A stretch of DNA of 59,543 nt, the filler included. It is 4 parts of 4 records of this genome, joined end to end, with 100 filler letters (N's around TTAATTAATTAA, not from the genome) between each part and the next. Parts side by side here need not be neighbours in the genome. Positions count along the whole stretch, not along the records: positions 48,688 to 59,543 come from SRR22947727_588; 3 more parts are not named here. The stretch is one strand, 5' to 3'. The first letter of the stretch is position 1. Each line of letters begins with the position of its first letter. Position numbers and translations under genes: made by a program. Under the pieces are notes generated by a model. The model had not been told where the DNA came from. It made no database searches and was given only the letters and a program-made list of their open reading frames with translations. This document shows, in pieces, positions 55,447 to 59,543 of the stretch.

Positions 55447-56559
55447 ATGAAAACTCGTTTCCGAATCTCGTTGGTCGTTGCCGCTGCGGCTTGTGCAGTT
55501 GGCTTTTCTGAAAAAGCCCAAGCCCAATGCGACTTCGGTCACGGCGGCGGCTATGGATATGGCAGCAGCCGAGGCTATTATTCAGAGTATCAAGGTGGCT
55601 ACGATCGGCACTACCAAACTCCGAGCCGTCACTATTATCGGGATGACTACGAATGCGATTATCGCGAACGGAGATACAGTCGAGTGGACGAATATGATCG
55701 TCGCGAGATTTACGATGATCGGACGCTTTATTCGGAGCGCCGTATCATCCGGGTGATCCCGGATCGAAGTGCAGTTACTCGTGCGGTCCCTGAAACTAGC
55801 GTCACCTCTCGTGAAGTTGTGCGTGAGCGCGCACCGCAAGTTGCACCAGCGGCTCGTGAAACTCCTGCCACAACGCCAACGGCACCTCGCCAGTCCACGC
55901 GAGATTCAGGAAAGTCGCCCGTTTCGGAAAATCCGGTCTCACCTTATCTGAACGATGACAGTCAGTCGCGGAAGCCGAAAACGGAACCTACGGGACCGAT
56001 TGAAACCTTTAAATTGGACCTGCCAAAACCGGCGCCAAGAGATCAACGCAGCGAGGAGCGGATTCCTGCTCCCCCAATTACGAAAGCTCCCAAAACTCCA
56101 GCAGCCGGGAATGCCCAGCGCTCAGTGGCCACATCGCAGAAATTCCCCATCGACATGGTCATTGCCAATTCTGACGATGAATTCACGACGATTCGTGAAG
56201 TGATCGGCAAAAACCAGGCAGTGTTAATCGACTTCTGGGCTTCCTGGTGCGGGCCGTGCATCCAATCGATGCCGGTACTGAAGCAGCGGGCCGAAGGTTT
56301 GAAAGACATCGGCGTAGTGGTCGCAGGAATGAATGTGGAATCGGATGTCGCAGTCGCGAAGCAGATCCAAACCAAACACGGAATGGATAATGTCGATTGG
56401 TTGGTCGAACCAAAATCGATGCCATTTTCGGAGACATTCAACATCAAATCAATCCCCCAGGTTCTGCTCGTAGACAGCAAAGGAACGGTGCTTTTCCAAG
56501 GATATCCCAGTGATGAGAAACTTGAAACGGCGCTGGATCAATTAGCAGCGAACAACTGA
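55447..56559 (+). CDS. Exported TlpA-like redoxin with a long low-complexity N-terminus
   Basis: Signal peptide, Tyr/Arg-rich and Pro-rich segments, IDFWASWCGPC, SIP. Confidence 0.85.
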   Translation: MKTRFRISLVVAAAACAVGFSEKAQAQCDFGHGGGYGYGSSRGYYSEYQGGYDRHYQTPSRHYYRDDYECDYRERRYSRVDEYDRREIYDDRTLYSERRIIRVIPDRSAVTRAVPETSVTSREVVRERAPQVAPAARETPATTPTAPRQSTRDSGKSPVSENPVSPYLNDDSQSRKPKTEPTGPIETFKLDLPKPAPRDQRSEERIPAPPITKAPKTPAAGNAQRSVATSQKFPIDMVIANSDDEFTTIREVIGKNQAVLIDFWASWCGPCIQSMPVLKQRAEGLKDIGVVVAGMNVESDVAVAKQIQTKHGMDNVDWLVEPKSMPFSETFNIKSIPQVLLVDSKGTVLFQGYPSDEKLETALDQLAANN

Positions 56560-56612
56560 TTTCAAAGTTTCACCCTTTGGTCCTACCCAATCGCCGGTAT
56601 GGCCGAAAAACA

Positions 56613-56655
56613 GAGAACCTCTGCGGCATCTTGGGAGCTGTCGCGGAGGTTTCTC
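56613..56655. terminator. Hairpin between convergent genes
   Basis: GAGAACCTCTGCGGCA...TGTCGCGGAGGTTTCTC imperfect stem. Confidence 0.65.
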
Positions 56656-56659
56656 GCTT

Positions 56660-57595
56660 TTACTTTGTCGCTTTATCCACCGGGATGATTTTCAGCACAA
56701 GAGGCCGATGATCGCTGGCGGTGTCCCACTCTTCCCAGTGAAAAATATAGGATTCCTCGCGGCTAACCTCAGGTGAAATTCCTTTGCTCAACATCGCGAA
56801 ATCGATTCGCGCATAAATGTCAGCCCAACTCCAGTAATGGGTCCATTTGAAACCGTATTGATCCTTTAGTCCGATCGCAGTCAAATAATCAGGTCGACCA
56901 AAGCGGCCCCGAATTTCACGAATTGGATTTGCATCCTGAGTATCGTTAAGGTCACCAAACACAAGTAAATTGGCACCAGGCTCGGCTGCCAAAATTTTGT
57001 CGATGTGTTCACGCGCCAACTTTGCTTCGTTCAATCGCATGAGGCCCTGATCAACTCCATCGACTTCACGTTTTGATTTCAAGTGAAGCCCCACGAGCCG
57101 CAATCGGTAATTCGGATTCGGCATGACGGTGCAATCGATAATTCCCCGCTGAAACGGCAGCAATTGATCACCAATCGTGTATTTCAAATCATCGCGTGAA
57201 TGGTTCTCCACGATTGGAAACTTGGAGAGAATCGCCAGATTCCGCTCCCACCCGCTCTGGGCATGCAGAAGAAAGACGTGTGGTAAATCAAGCCCACCAG
57301 CCTTCAACCGAGCCTGCATATCGACCAAGTGCGGATCGTCTCCGATTTCGCTGACGCCCAAAATATCGGGCTGCATTTCCAGCAGACCCTCGATGAGCGG
57401 TTTGATTTCGCGCTCAGGCTTCCCTGCATCTTTCTTAACTTCGCCATCGACCTTGCGATCCATTCCGAGATAATTTTTAAGATTGTAAGCAACAAAGGTA
57501 ATCTGATCGGTGGTTTCAACCGACTTTTCCTGAGACAGCCCAACGGGGGAGACTAACGGACAGCAAAAAGCTGCCAAATAAATCGGCAGCTTCAT
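56660..57595 (-). CDS. Exported endonuclease/exonuclease/phosphatase (EEP) family protein
   Basis: YNLKNY, PDILGVSE, HLKSK, GDLND, ID, SDH.P; ATG 57595 gives a signal peptide. Confidence 0.9.
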   Translation of the reverse strand: MKLPIYLAAFCCPLVSPVGLSQEKSVETTDQITFVAYNLKNYLGMDRKVDGEVKKDAGKPEREIKPLIEGLLEMQPDILGVSEIGDDPHLVDMQARLKAGGLDLPHVFLLHAQSGWERNLAILSKFPIVENHSRDDLKYTIGDQLLPFQRGIIDCTVMPNPNYRLRLVGLHLKSKREVDGVDQGLMRLNEAKLAREHIDKILAAEPGANLLVFGDLNDTQDANPIREIRGRFGRPDYLTAIGLKDQYGFKWTHYWSWADIYARIDFAMLSKGISPEVSREESYIFHWEEWDTASDHRPLVLKIIPVDKATK

Positions 57596-57661
57596 TGAAA
57601 AATTCAGGAGGGATAGAGAAGAGAAGTTTTTCACAATAAAAGGATCTCAATCGAAAGGTGA

Positions 57662-57934
57662 TCAATCCTGCTTTGCAGCAGGACGTGTTTCTTCTTCGTC
57701 GTCCGTGGTTTTCTTATCCCACTCTTTTTTCCCAACTTCTTCGCCAGCTTTGATTTCGGCCTCGAAGTCTTCTTTCGCCTTTTTGAACTCGCCCATTCCT
57801 TTGCCAACGCCACGCGCCAGTTCAGGAATTTTCTTCGCGCCAAAAAGGAGAAGGATGACCAGAAAAATAACGATCAACTCAGGCCCACCAATGGGGCCGA
57901 GAAAAGCTAGAAAGGGGTCTGCTGTAGTGTTCAC
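57662..57934 (-). CDS. tatA: Twin-arginine translocase TatA/E
   Basis: [35 protein letters not shown]. Confidence 0.92.
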   Translation of the reverse strand: MNTTADPFLAFLGPIGGPELIVIFLVILLLFGAKKIPELARGVGKGMGEFKKAKEDFEAEIKAGEEVGKKEWDKKTTDDEEETRPAAKQD

Positions 57935-57979
57935 GGTAAAAGGATAAGTTGGTGCTAGGTTGGATGCAAAGGGAAAGTT

Positions 57980-58162
57980 TTACGCCTTCGCCTCATCGCG
58001 AGCGGTCTGGATTTCATCTTCCATCTCTCGTTTTCCCTGTTTGAATTCATTTAGACCTTGCCCAAGGCTACGGGCAAATGCCGGGATCTTTTTCGCGCCA
58101 AAGAGGAGCAAAATGACGAAAGCGATAATAAGGAGTTCCTGTGTTCCGATGGGGCCGAGCAT
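57980..58162 (-). CDS. tatA: Twin-arginine translocase TatA/E (second paralog)
   Basis: [33 protein letters not shown]. Confidence 0.92.
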   Translation of the reverse strand: MLGPIGTQELLIIAFVILLLFGAKKIPAFARSLGQGLNEFKQGKREMEDEIQTARDEAKA

Positions 58163-58395
58163 AATAAGTGGGGGTTAATTTTTGCGACCCCATATCCTGC
58201 GTTCGATGACGGTTTTCACAATGCGCGCATGCCTGTGGCGCAAATCAGGGACCGCAGATGTGTGATCACGATTTTTCAATTTCGGAATTTCTAACGAGAA
58301 TTGTGACTAAAAGCGATCTCAGGAGCGTCTCAAGGCCTGAACTTTGTTTAAGCATCCAAGTATAGCAGAAATCCCCCTCTGTGTTTTGTGGTAAG

Positions 58396-58438
58396 AAGCC
58401 GAATCATGAAAATGATTCGGCTTTTGCCTTTTAGGCAA
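58396..58438 (+). other. Tandem hairpins in the tatA/L,D-transpeptidase intergenic region
   Basis: AAGCCGAATCAT-GAAA-ATGATTCGGCTT (12 bp, GNRA loop) then TTGCCT-TTT-AGGCAA. Confidence 0.7.
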
Positions 58439-58489
58439 TTCAATCGTAACTTCTATGAGCTGCTCGGGCCGCTTTACTCCTTTTTGAAA

Positions 58490-59543
58490 ATGTCAGGATT
58501 TCCTCCAAAATCACTCACCCTTCTCGCTTTAGTCGCATCGATTCTATCAGTTGTCGCGATTAAACCGGCGGCTGCTCAGGGTGATCTCAAAGCGGCGATA
58601 AAGACCAGATTATCCAGCGAGGGAGGACCTCTTGCCGATTGGTATAAAAAGCGCAATTACGAGCCTGTCTGGGACGGCAATCAGATTCAGGCGCTGGCCG
58701 AATTTCTCCGTAAATTGGACGCCCATGGACTTCGTCCCGAGCTTTTCCGCCTCGCCGAATGGGAAACCACTTGGCTGAATCCTCCCCGAGATTCAGCAGG
58801 AAGAGCAGATGTTGAGATTGGGAGTTCGCACCTTGCGCTCTTCGCAATCCAAAGCCTCGCTTACGGATTTGTTGATCCCACGACCGTGCACCCAAAATGG
58901 AAAGCGATCCCTCGAGGCGTTTCAGCCTATCGTTTTCTCGAAGAAGCCTTGAAACAGTCGCCGAGGCGTTTCGCTCCCTATCTTGAAGACTTGGCCGCAC
59001 CGACCGATACTCGTTATGACAATCTAGTTCAAACATTGGATCGTTATCGAAAAATCGGAAGTTACGGAGGCTGGAAGCCACTTCCTTCCACAGCACGACC
59101 GGTCAGTCCGGGAGAGCCGTATCCGAGCCTGGCTCTTCTGCGCGCCCGTCTAAAGGCGGAGGGCGACTTGAACGTCAACGCTGAAAAGACCCGCTCAAAG
59201 GTCCTCGATGGAGAAACCGCCACTGCCTTGAAATCGTTTCAATTCCGCCATGGAATCGAGCCTGACGCAGTCATCGGGCCCTCGACGCTAACCGAATTGA
59301 ACGCGCCGACTCAGGCACGAATTGACTCACTCATCATCAATATCGACCGCCTTCGTTGGATGCCACGCGACTACGAGCAATCCGAACGCCTTGAGGCAAA
59401 TATTGGCGAAGGAGTTCTGCGCCTGCTCTCAAATCGTCGTTCCGTCACCTCAATGCCAATCATTGTGGGGAAAAAAAGCACCACTCAAACTCCCGTTTTT
59501 CACGGCGATGTTAAATACCTCATCTTTCGGCCTTACTGGAACA
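58490..59543 (+). CDS. L,D-transpeptidase (YcbB/LdtD-like), 3' truncated
   Basis: Manual translation: signal peptide, WYKKRNYEPVW, HGL.P, FQFRHGIEPDAVIG..TL..LN, INIDRLRW, IVGK...TP..PYWN; missed by the ORF track because it runs off the window. Confidence 0.88.
   Translation, partial: MSGFPPKSLTLLALVASILSVVAIKPAAAQGDLKAAIKTRLSSEGGPLADWYKKRNYEPVWDGNQIQALAEFLRKLDAHGLRPELFRLAEWETTWLNPPRDSAGRADVEIGSSHLALFAIQSLAYGFVDPTTVHPKWKAIPRGVSAYRFLEEALKQSPRRFAPYLEDLAAPTDTRYDNLVQTLDRYRKIGSYGGWKPLPSTARPVSPGEPYPSLALLRARLKAEGDLNVNAEKTRSKVLDGETATALKSFQFRHGIEPDAVIGPSTLTELNAPTQARIDSLIINIDRLRWMPRDYEQSERLEANIGEGVLRLLSNRRSVTSMPIIVGKKSTTQTPVFHGDVKYLIFRPYWN

Noticed and set aside
49043-57556. Numerous short overlapping ORFs in the GC-richer contig 4
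   Set aside because: Expected by chance at ~50% GC; all overlap well-supported genes.
58587-59096. 169-aa minus-strand ORF
   Set aside because: Antisense shadow of the + strand L,D-transpeptidase; no motifs.

Overview
The window is four unrelated contigs joined by artificial 100-nt spacers (N-runs around TTAATTAATTAA at 19898-19997, 36441-36540, 48588-48687), so gene adjacency across spacers means nothing. (1) 1-19897: a very AT-rich, streamlined marine alphaproteobacterium (SAR11/HIMB59-like, inferred). It carries nucleoside salvage genes, an Fe3+ ABC transporter with Irr/ICE-like boxes and an unannotated Cys-rich winged-helix gene, an RpoH/ROSE-controlled Hsp20, a DUF1800-DUF1501 pair, a pabB-pabA-pabC-folP-folB-folK folate cluster and a partial cysS. 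(2) 19998-36440: a T4-like cyanomyovirus, all genes on the minus strand. It has tail, fibre and baseplate genes (gp5, hub, lysozyme- and amidase-bearing proteins), a CP12-like gene, and an early cassette with a Phd/YefM-like protein, tRNA-Thr, tRNA-Asn and a 2OG-Fe(II)-like oxygenase. (3) 36541-48587: a type I BREX locus (partial brxB, brxC, pglX, pglZ, brxL) whose BrxL ends in a PLD/MIT_C-like domain, followed by the end of a serine resolvase. (4) 48688-59543: a Verrucomicrobia/PVC-like chromosome segment (FGE-cytochrome c protein, TPR gene with an in-frame TAG, SWIM protein, DUF1080, Nramp-like transporter with nagA, redoxin, EEP nuclease, two tatA, L,D-transpeptidase). The strongest unexplained signal is compositional. 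Reading by eye, I found no RGCY site (AGCT/AGCC/GGCT/GGCC) in the 12 kb BREX contig, where about 120 would be expected at ~40% GC, and only about 25 in the 16.4 kb cyanophage contig, while contigs 1 and 4 contain many. All assignments are from motif recognition only; no database searches were run.
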